From Octopus sinensis (lineage: Eukaryota), in the NCBI RefSeq assembly GCF_006345805.1, contig NW_021835499.1, positions 1 through 38,664 of the forward strand: DNA of 38,664 nt. The letters run 5' to 3'. Below the pieces are notes generated by a model. That model did no database searches, was not told the origin of the DNA, and saw nothing but the letters and a program-made list of their open reading frames with translations. A program made the translations under genes and the position numbers. This document shows, piece after piece, positions 10,017-21,287 of this stretch; within the stretch, counting starts at the first letter, position 1; every line of letters starts with the position of its first letter.

Positions 10017-10650
10017 GATTGCTGGCTCAGTGGTTAGAGTGTGGGCTCACAACCATGAGGTAGTGAGTTTGATTCCTTAACTGGGCTGTGTGTTGTGTTC
10101 TTGAGCAAGATATTTGATTTCACATTACTCCAGTTCACTCAGGTGTAGAAATGAGTTGCAACATCACAGGTGCCAAGCTGTATCGGCCCCTTTGCCTCAG
10201 ATAACATCAGTAGCATGGAGACGGGGCAGGGACACTGGTATGTATGGGTAACTGCTGGTTTTCCAAAAGCAACCTTACCTGGACTTGTGCTTTGGAGGGG
10301 AACTTTCTCAGTGCAATCCCATGGTCATTCATGATCGAAGGGGCTCTTTACTCTTTACCCTGTGTACATATAATGGTGTGGAGATGGGTGGCCGGTAAGC
10401 AGAAGCGACTGCTGGTTTTCCATAAGCAACCTTGCCCAGACTTGTGCCTCAGAGGGTAAATTTCTGGGTGCAATCCCATGGTCATTCATTACAGAAGGGG
10501 GTCTTCACCCTTTATACATATAATGACATGGAGTAGGGAGGCTGGAATGCATGGACTGCAGTTGGTCTTCCATAAACACCCTTTTTGGACTTGTTCCTAG
10601 GAAGGGAACCTTCTAGGTGCAATCCCATGGTCATTCATGACTGAAGAGGC
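10017..10650 (+). mobile_element. tRNA-derived SINE, family 3, with three ~130-190-bp internal subrepeats
   Basis: TGGCTCAGTGGTTAGAG A-box and GAGTTTGATTCC B-box. TGCAATCCCATGGTCATTCAT recurs three times; second copy at 33545. Confidence 0.7.
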
Positions 10651-11279
10651 TCTTTATCTATGTGTGTGTGAGTGTGTGTGTGTGTGCTTGTATATATATG
10701 TGTGTGTGCTTGTATATATATGTGTGTGTGTGTGTGAGTGTTTGTGCTTGTATATATGTGTGTGTGTGTGTGGAGCCTATGCTCTTCAACAGAAAGGAAT
10801 AAGAGTGAAAAACAGAGAGAATGAATAAAACCGGTAGATTTAGATTTAGCAGTCAAGCATGGTGATATATATATATATATATAAAACTCAACTTGTGTGT
10901 CTGTGTGTTTAACTTCCCGGCACATCTCCTCCTAGCCAACAAATCGTAGAACCACCAAAAATGGGTCATTTAAAGTTTAGGCGAATGAAAATTGAACTGT
11001 GCTATTTCTGTTCCGAAATTCATCTCGCAAGTGCAAAAATCGATAATGTGTTTGTTTATGCCTTATCCCATGCATTGAATAGTGAACTTTACTCAGTCAG
11101 CTGTTTGACGTGAACTGTGTTCACCACGCGTGCAAGCATGCGTAAATTGCATGAAAAATAAAAAGTTAAGATATAAAAACGAATCGCCGTAAACATTGTA
11201 GAAATTTGGCAAAGAAATGAATTTTCGGGATGTAGCCTGGAGGGTTTTTTCGTATTAATATATATATATATATATCATC

Positions 11280-11320
<41 letters not shown>

Positions 11321-11329
11321 TATATATAT

Positions 11330-11587
11330 GAGAGTATGATAGGAGAAGGCTAACTCTTCATTCTGTAGAAGATAAAATTCAAATCAAACCATGTTAACAC
11401 CAAAAATTATTTACATCAAAAAGGTGCCTTTTTTCTATGAAAATCCCTATTTTTTACGATGTTTTGACAGCTGTGTCGCCATTTTTCGGTGTATTTCACT
11501 TAAAGCTACATACTGCCAAATTTTACTTTTCAAAAATTCCAATTTTAAAGGGTCTAAACAAACCGCAACACTGGGCAATACTGCTAG
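11330..11587 (+). mobile_element. 5'-truncated copy of the Helitron at 3104-3491
   Basis: Homologous internal sequence (ATGTTAACACCAAAAATTATTTACATCAAAAAG) and ATACTGCTAG|T end. Confidence 0.8.
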
Positions 11588-11620
11588 TATATATATATAT
11601 ATATGTATATACAATATATG

Positions 11621-11694
<74 letters not shown>

Positions 11695-12717
11695 GGGCGT
11701 GCACTCTCAGGTATGCAAGGTATGCGTTGCATGCCCTGTGATTTTTTAATCCATATGATCGGAAAATTAGATAAAATAGTTACTTTGTTTCAAAGAAAAT
11801 CCGTCCAGTTGTATTTTTCTCCCCTTCTCTCTCAGTGACTCTACTTCTGCTTTTAGAAGTCATGCATTGACAAGACCAGCATGTTAGACACTCCCTCTCT
11901 GTCTCAGTTTGTCCTTCCTTCCTCTCTCTCTCACTCTTAGCGACTTGTTTAAAAGACATGCTAAGGGGATAGGGCATTTGAAATATTTTTACCCCCTTCC
12001 TCTTTCTCTTAGTGGCTATGCTGTGGGAAGACCCGCATGACCTCCCTCTCTATCTCCTAGTTTGTCCCTCCTTCCTCTCTCTTAGTGAATTGATAAAACA
12101 GATGCTAGGAGGAAAGGTCGTTCATAATATTTTGTACCCCCTTCCACTTTCTCTCAGTGGCATGTCATGCTATGAGCTGACCGCATGATACCCACTTTCT
12201 GTATCTTTCTGTTTTGTTGAAATTGACTTAGAATTTATGCCGGCGCTTCCACGTGTGTTCTGTTCGTATATAAGAACAGCCTTTTACGAAATGTGTGTTA
12301 TAAACGATATTTTGAGAAATAGTTTTTCGAAAGGAGAATTCGATGGAAAATAATTAATTATATCGGTGGGAGAGCAACACCGAAAAGGGCTAATGCATTA
12401 GATAACATTGTTAAAAAAAAGATTTCCGGAGGCAACAGCCTCACGGCTTATTACCACAAAGGAAAATTATCATTTCATAATCAGCCTTTTTGAGCACATC
12501 ATTGAAAATCCTGAAGCATGGGATGATACCACCATAAATTCAGCAATTGGATTCTTACAAACTTTAAAAGCTCCTGATTTCTTATTTTTGTTAGAAGTAT
12601 TCAGTGAGATTTTTTCTTTTTTCATATTTAACATACTCCAGAGTAAAAGTCATGACATAGTGTAAAGATCAAATAGAACTAGAACTGTACTCGAAAACAA
12701 ACTTGATAATTTTTCAA

Positions 12718-13010
12718 TCTCTTTTACTTGTTTCAGTCATTTGACTGCGGCCATGCTCGAGCACCGCCTTTAATCGAGCAACTCGACCCCGGGACTTATT
12801 CTATCGGTCTATTTTGCTGAACCGCTAAGTAACGGGGACATAAACACACCAGCATCGGGGCACAAACACACACACACGCATATATATACATATATACCAC
12901 AGGCTTCTTTCAGTTTCCGTCTACCAAATCCACTCACAAGGCTTTGGTCGGCCCGAGACTATAGTAGAAGACCCTTGCCCAAGGTGCCACGCAGTGGAAC
13001 TGAACCCGGG
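12718..13010 (-). mobile_element. tRNA-derived SINE, family 1, inside the hAT element
   Basis: CTTTTACTTGTTTCAGTCATTTGACTGCGGCCATGC..GGAACTGAACCCGG. Confidence 0.85.
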
Positions 13011-13224
13011 GGGAAAAATATGGAGTCGATGCAGGAATCGGAATTCAGAGATCCAAGAACATATCTATTGAGCCCCAACGACATTATAAAATGCTTATAA
13101 CAAAATTATCAGTACAATAGTTGACCAAATAAAAGCACGATATTCATCCTTAGAAGAGTTTAAATTCATGGAACTTCGAATTTCAACAAATTTGATGAGT
13201 ATTGCAAACAATTTAAAAATCATG

Positions 13225-13476
13225 GGTACTATTTAAGAAGAGTTGTCCCGGTGCGCGCACCCGAGCATCCACGCCAGCTAGTCGTGACTAGTCGATCCTT
13301 ACTTTGTGTTTTATTTACTTTGTTTAAAACATGATTTACTTTGTGTTTTTGTGTTTTATATATTTTGTTTAAAAAATTTATTTACTTTGCTAGATAGTCG
13401 TAGGATCGACTAGTCACCACTAGCCAGCACGGATGCGCGAGCGCGTGCAACGGGACCACTCTTCTTAAATAGTACC
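13225..13476. mobile_element. MITE with ~75-bp TIRs starting GGTAC (Merlin-like terminus)
   Basis: GGTACTATTTAAGAAGAGT..GACTAGTCGATCCT is inverted as AGGATCGACTAGTC..ACTCTTCTTAAATAGTACC. No TSD found. A partial sister copy ends at 27018. Confidence 0.75.
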
Positions 13477-13975
13477 AGGGCGACGTTTTTTTTTTTATTC
13501 TAGGTCATACGGGGTTGATTGCATATTCAGAATCTCCCATATGTAAATCGTAGGAATTCGAAAATTTTTTTTACTGAAAAATTGCCGGGGGGGGGGGGGG
13601 CAAAGAAATACATTGCATGCCCAGCCCCGGAAGTCACCGCACGCCACTGATATCCAATATACTGCTAGTGAAGTACCCAACAAAGTTAATACATAAATGC
13701 TAAGAATTGCGATGCAATTAATTCATTACTGTATTATATGGGCAAAGGTAAAATGTTACCACCAAATTAATAATACAAAATAAGAAAATGGAGAAATACA
13801 TCTAAATCATTATCAACTACCAGATAATACCAATCACATACTTTATTAAACCACTACATAAGAACATTAAGGTCAAACATAATAATATAGAACAAAACAG
13901 TGTACATGAAGGAGTAATATGATACAATAAGTATAATATGTATAAGAGGATATAAATAAATATAAATATACACTA

Positions 13976-14104
13976 CATCTTACAGCTGTTTCGGCCATGC
14001 AGATAATGGTGTCTCATTTTACTTATATTATCCATGTGTGATAGGTCAATATGTAGTTATAAATGAGACATTTACAAAAATATCCCAAGGCCTCTTCGGA
14101 GATT
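13976..14104 (-). ncRNA. Type I hammerhead ribozyme motif (Penelope-associated type, variant core)
   Basis: Minus strand: stem I ATCT / core CCGAAGA (U4C) / stem II GGCC..~92 nt..GGCC / GAAA / palindromic stem III ACAGCTGT / GUA cleavage triplet / stem I AGAT. Confidence 0.65.
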
Positions 14105-14639
14105 ATGAAATACAAACCAAATTAAATATGCACCCATAGAAGTGTGGGTACATACCCATAATATATCATGTACACATACATATGAGTGCATATACTCATA
14201 CTCCTATACATATATATATATATATACATAGATATACATAATAATATAAATAATATAAATCAATAAACATACATATGTTCCATATTCAATGTAACAGTTT
14301 TTCAACTTAATATTATGATATTATAATGTAGAAAACATACACATATTAATACCCAAATGCAGATATACAGAGTCAAGAGTACATTATATTAATTTATGTT
14401 TATTTCCAAAATGTCATTAACGTTAACAATATTAACATCATTACCATTATCATTACCACTAATGCTACCAATATCATTATCTTATTATTAATAACACTAA
14501 TACTAGCAAAACAACATATAGATCACATTATTAGCAATATAATAGCAAAACCAGTACCATGCAAAGCATTAAATATCTGCACATACGTACAAAATAAGAA
14601 ATAAAAGCATATAGTTTACATGATATTAAGTTCCACAAG

Positions 14640-14785
14640 TGTACAAATGTACATACGACTGCAATTTATAATTTCAACTGTTACACAAAAACAGTATTAC
14701 GTTCAGAAATATTTAAGAATCGAACGCTAAAATATGATTGGCTTGTACATTTAAATTTAAATTACAATTGTCATTTTTACGGTTG
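14640..14785 (-). mobile_element. Possible degenerate Penelope endonuclease C-terminus upstream of the hammerhead
   Basis: KNDNCNLNLNVQANHIL..FLN..LC...YKL loosely fits C.LC..E...IL..LN...C.H..K.L; highly degenerate. Confidence 0.3.
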
Positions 14786-14924
14786 GTTTGTTAAGAAACA
14801 TCCACACACGCACATTTGCAAACGTACGCCTAAACGCACATACACAGACAAATCACAACACAAGATATACCAGCCCACACACACACACATGCTTACGTAC
14901 ATACAAATCTACACACATGTGTAG

Positions 14925-15000
14925 GTGGACAATAACGAAAAGGAGTGGGCTGAGGACTGAGCCTTGTTGAGCACTTACCTGTACACCAGATTCTTAGTTA
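14925..15000 (-). mobile_element. Small RTE reverse-transcriptase fragment
   Basis: Translates as GVQVSAQQGSVLSPLLFVIV, matching GVHQGSVLSPLLFIIV of the large LINE. Confidence 0.7.
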
Positions 15001-15082
15001 TACCTGTGGGTAACTCATGCAGACAGAGATATACATTAAATACAGTGACATAAGGCATTGAGGCTCTATGTTTAAACACTAT

Positions 15083-15427
15083 TCTTTTACTTGTTTCAGT
15101 CATTTGACTGCAGCCATGCTGGAGCACCACCTTTAGTCGAACAAATCGACCCCAGGACTTATTCTTTGTAAGCCTAGTACTTATTCTATCAGTCTCTTTT
15201 GCCGAACCGCTAAGTTACGAGGACATAAACACGCCAGCATCGGTTGCCAAGCGAGGTTGTGGGGACAAACATAGACACACAAACACACACATGCATATAT
15301 ACGACGGGATTCTTTCAGTTTCCGTCCCCCAAATCCATTCACAAGGCTTTGGTCAGCCCGAAGCTATAGTAGAAGACACTTGCCCAAGGTGCCATGCAGT
15401 GGGACTGAACCTTGAACCATGTGGTTC
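15083..15427 (-). mobile_element. tRNA-derived SINE, family 1, 5'-truncated
   Basis: Family-1 reverse complement; ends abruptly at a duplicated GTGCATGAATT. Confidence 0.85.
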
Positions 15428-15475
15428 GTGCATGAATTTGTGCATGAATTAGAAAAAAATTATTATTGTTATTAT

Positions 15476-18237
15476 GGTAATCAGAGTAAGTGACAGAATA
15501 CTTAAGCTTAGAATAGTGCTTCATCATAGATTAGCAACCATTATATCGGCCTATGCCCCTCAGCCAGGGCTACCCGATGGACAGAAAGACAGTTTCTACG
15601 ACACCCTACTGCAGACCACCTCATTGACGAATGACAGGGACCTTCTCTTTGTGGCTGGTGACTCCAATGGGCATGTTGGACGACATGCTGGGGGCTTCCA
15701 TGGCGTACATGGAGGCTACGGATATGGTTCCCGCAACGAGGAGGGAACCAGGCTGCTGGAGTTCTGCGATGCGAATAGTCTTATGGTTTGCAACACTAAC
15801 TTCAGGAAACCGACAAGCCACCTGGTCACCTACCGATCGGGCTGGCATACTAGCCAAATCGACTACATCCTTGCCAGAAAAAGGGAAAGATGGCTGCTTA
15901 TAAATGCCTAAACCTTCCCAGGCAAAGAATGCACCCCACAACATAGACTTGTAGTTAGTGACTTTAGGATCAGGACTAAGAGGACGACCAACATGGAGAA
16001 GAAGGGTCTGGAAGCTTAAAGACCCTGCGAATGGACAGAGATTTAGAGACATGTTACTTGAAGCCTTTGACGAAATAGAAGGGGGTATAGCTACACATGG
16101 GGTAGAAGACAACTGGACGCTTCTGAAGGACAACCTGCTGAAAGCCACTGACCAGATCTGTGGCTGGTGCAAAGTCCCCTCAAGACCCAAAATAACGTGG
16201 TGGTGGAACAATATTGTTGACAGGGCTATTAGACAAAAGAAACAGGCTTGGAAGGACTGGAAGAACGGTGGTAGCAGGGAAGTGTATCAGACTGCCAGAA
16301 GGGAAGCTAGGATGCAGGTGTATTTAGCCAGAGGGGAAGCAGATGGGAAAAAATTTGCCAATGTTCTGCGCCGTGAGGATGAAAGACTTGAGGTATTTCG
16401 TGTTGCAAGACAGTGTGTGAGAGAGAATCATGACGTGGTAGGAGAGAAATGTGTTCGCAAGGATGACGGTTCACTTGCGCTAAATGAGGATACAAAGAGA
16501 GAGGTTTGGAGACGCCACCATGAAAGGTTGCTGAATGAGGAAAATGAATGGGATAAAGAGAGTCTGCCGAATGTCGACCCAACAGAGGGACCACCAATCC
16601 GAGTTGACAGTTCCTTAGTAGTTAAGGCAATTACAAGCATGAAAACAGGGAAAGCCCCAGGCCCATCAGGAATTACTGCAGAGATGCTCAAAATATCTGG
16701 TAGTGTCGGCTATAGCCTAGTCACCCGTATAGTTAACCAGGTGATACACGAAGGAGTCATACCCAATGACTGGTGTAGCAGCATAATAGTCAACTGCTAC
16801 AAAGGTAAAGGTGATGCCCTAGATACAAATAACTACAGGGGTATCAAGCAGCTGGATCAGGTAATGAAGGTTACGGAGAGGGTTATAGCCCAACTAATTA
16901 GAGAGAGAGTTAGCTTAGATGAGATGCAGTTTGGGTTCGTGCCAGGGAAAAGTACTACTGATGCTATATTCCTGGTAAGACAGCTGCAGGAGAAATACCT
17001 AGCCAAAGATAAGCCCCTGTACCTGGCTTTTGTTGACATGGAGAAAACCTTCGACAGGGTCCCCCGATCCCTTATCTGGTGGTCAATGAGGAAACTAGGG
17101 ATAGATGAATGGTTAGTGAGAGCTGTGCGAGCCATGTACAGAGACGCTGCTAGTAAGGTGAGGGTTGGCAACGAGTACAGTGAATTCCGGGTAGAGGTTG
17201 GGGTCCACCAAGGTTCAGTCCTCAGTCCCCTCCTATTTATCATAGTCCTCCAGGCAATAACGGAGGAATTCAAGACAGGATGCCCCTGGGAGCTCCTCTA
17301 TGCTGATGACCTTGCTCTAATTGCTGAGTCGCTATCAGAACTGGAGGAGAAGTTTCAGGTGTGGAAGCAAGGATTAGAATCGAAGGCCCTTAGAATTAAC
17401 CTAGCCAAAACCAAAGTCCTAATAAGTAGGAAGGTAGACCAATCACAAACGACTTCAGGTAGATGGCCCTGCTCGATCTGTAAAAAAGGTGTAGGTAGAA
17501 ACTCTATGAGGTGCACCAAGTGTAAGCTATGGACACATAAGAGGTGCAGCAATGTCAAAGGAAGGCTAACTATGAAAATAGTTTTCGTTTGTGGCAGATG
17601 CTCAGGAGCAATAAACACTGGAAATATGCAGAGACCAACTTCCACCACGTTCCAGGGAGACAAACTAGAAGTAGTTGATAGCTTCCGCTTCCTAGGTGAC
17701 CAAGTAAGTAGCAGGGGTGGGTGTGCTGAAAGTGTAACTGCTAGAGTAAGAATAGCCTGGGCAAAGTTTAGAGAGCTCTTACCCCTGTTGGTGACAAAAG
17801 GCCTCTCGCTCAGAGTAAAAGGCAGACTGTATGAAGCATGTGTATGTACAGCCATGCTACATGGTAGTGAAACATGGGCTGTGACTACTAAGGATATGCG
17901 TAAGCTCGCAAGAAATGAAGCCAGTATGCTCCGATGGATGTGTAATGTCAGTGTTCATAATCGACAGAGTGTAAGTACCTTGAGAGAAAAGTTGGACCTA
18001 ATAAGCATCAGTTGTGGTGTGCAACACAGACGTTTGCGCTGGTATGGTCATGTGACGAGAATGGATGAAGATAGTTGTGTGCAAAAGTGCCACACCCTAG
18101 CAGTTGAGGGAACCTGTGGAAGAGGTAGACCCAGGAAAACCTGGGACGAGGTGGTGAAGCACGACCTTCGCACTTTAGGTCTCACCAAGGAAATGACTAG
18201 GAAGTATGCTGTGCGTGAGAAGACCCGGCAAGACTAG
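15476..18237 (+). pseudogene. LINE ORF2 (APE-RT): partial endonuclease, nonsense at 15909-15911 and a frameshift near 15960-15990; RT portion 15958-18237 open
   Basis: RT motifs KAPGPSG, QFGFVPGKST, AFVDMEK.FDRV, QGSVLSPLLF, LYADD, FLG. C4HC3 finger CSIC..CTKC....H..C..CGRC lies inside. Confidence 0.92.
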
Positions 18238-18938
18238 TGAGAACATAACCCGTGGCCCCTACCTGGTATGTAGCCAGTCGACTTATACATACCTTTCCTT
18301 CTTGGTACACAAAACTCCACTTGTGAAGACCCGTTGAGGCAAGTGAAAATCAAAAATCAAAATCAAAATCAAATCAAACCAAATCAAATCAGATATCAGA
18401 AAGCAGAACCAAAATCGAAGTCGATCAACATCAATGGAAATTGCGGCTGTGATACCAGTGCCGGTGACAAGTAAGCGAACCATCCGATCGTGGCCGTTGC
18501 CAGCGCCGCCCCGACTGGCCTCCGTGCCGGTGACATGTAAAAAGCACCATCCGTTCGTGGCCGTTGCCAGCGCCGCCCCGACTGACCTCCATGCTGGTGG
18601 CACGTAAAAAGCACCATCCATTCGTGGCCGTTGCCAGCGCTGCCCCGTCTGGTCTCTGTGCCGGTGGCACGTAAAATCACCATCTGTTCGTGTCCATTGC
18701 CAGCCTCACCTGGCATCCGTTCATGGCCATTTGCTAGCTCCGTCTGGCTCCTGTGCGGGTGGCATGTAAAAAGCACCCACTACACTCGCGGAGTGGTTGG
18801 CGTTAGGAAGGGTATCCAGCCATAGAAACACTGCCAGATCAGACTGGGCCTGATGCAGCCTTCTGGCTTCACAGACCCCAGTTGAACTATCCAACCCATG
18901 CTAGCATGGAAAGAGGACGCTAAACGATGATGATGATG
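15476..18938 (+). mobile_element. 5'-truncated RTE-clade LINE with (GAT)n tail and 5-bp TSD ATTAT
   Basis: ATTAT at 15471-15475 and 18939-18943; empty site preserved in paralog B at 37111-37115. APE motifs (AYAP, GD.NGH, SQIDYIL). 3' UTR has (AAATC)n and ~4.5 copies of a ~67-bp repeat. Confidence 0.93.
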
Positions 18939-18964
18939 ATTATTAGCAGAAGTCATTTCCTTAC

Positions 18965-19216
18965 CTTCTTCCTTCAAAGAAATCCTTGCATAGCGAGTTT
19001 TCTTGTCATGGAAAGTCCAATCCACATCTGCCTGTGATATATATTTTATCAAAATAGTGGATGTATTACCACTCTGCTGAACTTCTACTCTGCCAGATTT
19101 ATAACATGTTCTATCACATTGAAAGCTTTCATTCACATTTTTCCAGGTAATAGTTCGCTGCATGTTGGGTATTTCTTTAGTTTGAAGAGTCATGTTTCCT
19201 CCAAGTACAAAACTTC
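18965..19216 (-). CDS. Ig-like domain exon of paralog A (252 nt, phase 1-1)
   Basis: TTTTATTTCAG|GA acceptor, GAAG|GTAAGG donor. SFVLGGNMTL..TITWK..SGRVEVQQSGNTSTILIKYISQADVDWTF fits an Ig-like strand pattern. Same length and phase as paralog B. Confidence 0.85.
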
Positions 19217-19576
19217 CTGAAATAAAAATATATATATCAATATTACAGACTAGTTTCCCATATGAAAGATTTCAGGATTAACTTTTCATCATCATCATTC
19301 TCTCAACATCCATTTTTTCCATGCTTGGGATCAAAATTTTCTTTATATACAATTCAAAACTCTTCCTGACATAATATCCCAGACTATTGTATAACAAAGA
19401 GCCTGGAGATTAAATGATGATGGTTATGGTTGAATTTCAAATAAAATTGTTAAAAATTATGTTAATCAGGAAAATTTAAAAACAAAAACATGACTATAAA
19501 CTGAGGGGAGAGAAAGAAATAAAAGAGAGAACTGAGAAGATAGTGTCCAGTTTAAAATGAGAAACAGGTTTCTTAC

Positions 19577-19613
19577 CTTTTTAATGATTTTGTAGACTCT
19601 TTCACACTGCGAG
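19577..19613 (-). CDS. Micro-exon of paralog A (37 nt; frame anomaly)
   Basis: CTCTTTTAG| acceptor, AAAG|GTAAGA donor. One frame gives SQCERVYKIIKK, homologous to B's WQCKKEYKIGILK. Confidence 0.65.
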
Positions 19614-20371
19614 CTAAAAGAGATGAAGACAAAAATATTTTCAAATTTTACATTTTTGAGTATTATTGTCGTCGTCATCGGCGTCATTTAATATCCGTTT
19701 TCCATGCAGAAATGAGTTGGACAGTTTAACCAGAGTTGACAAGATGGAGAGCTGCACAAGGCTCCAGTGGGATTTAGCATGCTGGGTGCTTTTATTTGGC
19801 ACCACATGAGAGCCTGTTCATGGCACTGCCATGTGCTTTTTGTGTGGCAATGGCACAGAAATCTTGCAGGCCAATCTTCTTCAGCGGGGGAGTGAACTTA
19901 ACATATCTGCTGTGGAGTACAGCTCTCTTGAGTACAGCAAGGCCCCAAGCATTTTGGTTGTTTGTCATCTTGTCTGAAAGGCAAGTGGGAGTTGTAGGGT
20001 GTGGGACGTTGTCTCACAGTTGCTGACAGTAAACCTCATTTCTCCCTCTGACTAAGGTTCATGAAGTATTTATTTACCGTCACGTTACAATACCTTGCTT
20101 TGACAGGCAGGTTATGATAAATCCAAAAGCATGATGCGAAGAAAAGTTTGTGTTTGTGTTCTCTTCATTGTTTAGTAGTAAATACAGAAAGAGATAGAAT
20201 GATATTGTAAGAGAACAGAATTAGAGCTAGTGAGAGTTGTAGGGTGTGGGATGTTGTCTCACAGTTGCCGACAGTAAACTTCATTTCTCCCTCTGACTAA
20301 GGTTCTAGCTGGTCAGCCAATACTGAAGGATTACCCACTAAAAAATAGAGCAAAAACAAATGAAAACTTAC

Positions 20372-20423
20372 CATAAAAAAATGTAAACAAGGCAAAGAAG
20401 AAGATGAATAGCTGACTGTCCAT
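20372..20423 (-). CDS. Signal-peptide exon of paralog A (MDSQLFIFFFALFTFFY..)
   Basis: TTTATTTTTCAG|ATT-ATG (exon starts 20426), hydrophobic 17 codons, TATG|GTAAGT phase-1 donor. Confidence 0.82.
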
Positions 20424-20564
20424 AATCTGAAAAATAAATTTTAAAAAGAGTGAAAACTTGTTGTCTCAGTCCCATCAATGGGAGGAACTGATAATATTTT
20501 AGGTCTTATTTTAACTCCTTTTATTTTCAGAATTTCAGTCCCAATGTCTTCTGATGTCACTTAC

Positions 20565-20640
20565 TCTCTCCTCCATTTCCCAAAACACAAAATAACAAGA
20601 AATATTCATGTCAGATGTCTACTTAACAATCATGATGACA
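20565..20640 (-). other. Putative non-coding first exon of paralog A
   Basis: GAGAGA|GTAAGT donor at 20564-20559 would give a 138-nt intron to the acceptor at 20427. TA-rich TATA-like tract at ~20664-20686. 5' boundary unknown. Confidence 0.5.
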
Positions 20641-21240
20641 TTGCTGTGGTATTTAACATTAGGTTATATATACGTGTATATATATAAAAGGCATCGTGTG
20701 TGTGTGCGTACGTGAATGTAATTTATGCATGTCCACAAATTAGCAAGCATGTCGCTCTAATTTTAGGAGGACATTCGTCATGATCCTAGCTATATTTTTG
20801 TCAAATTATTTTACGTATATTTCTAAGTGTATCTCTACTGATTTCCTATAGAATTTCAGGTAAACAGTGAATCTTATGATGTTTCATATTCAAATATGTT
20901 TATGTAAATGATGTTATTAGAGACAGAAAAGATAGGTAATAGGTGTATGTACATATTTCGAGAGTTGTTGTCCTTTCATCAGCACCACATCCTACCCATC
21001 GACTATCCATCATGCCTAAAAGTGTTACACAGTGGGACTGAACCTGGAATCATGTGGTTGGGAAGCAAACTTGCTTGGTTTTAATAGTATTAAAATAGAT
21101 TGTATTTGTATTTTATGGTCAGATCAAGGATCTCATCAAATGCTGATGAAACCTGCTGCTCGTACCATGTAAACAAGTGAAGAAAATATATAGTGCATGT
21201 GTTTATTTGGCAAAAAAAATTTAAATAACCATCCTGAGAT

Positions 21241-21281
<41 letters not shown>

Positions 21282-21287
<6 letters not shown>

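Larger units (their letters stand above)
11692..13649 (+). mobile_element. Internally deleted hAT-type transposon with nested SINE and MITE
   Basis: TIRs CAGGGGCGTGC / GCACGCCACTG. Remnant AIGFLQTLKAPDFLFLLEVFSEIF..LQSKSHDI at ~12400-12720 resembles ZMYM1-like hAT transposases. TSD only partial (ATAT). Confidence 0.7.

Noticed and set aside
14977-15003. Minus-strand micro-exon CAG|GTATAAC..TACAG|GTAAGT as next exon of paralog A
   Set aside because: The donor lies inside an RTE RT fragment (VQVSAQQGSVLSPLLF), there is no counterpart in paralog B, and 25 nt breaks the phase.
16307-17855. Minus-strand ORFs within the LINE
   Set aside because: Antisense shadows of the RT reading frame.
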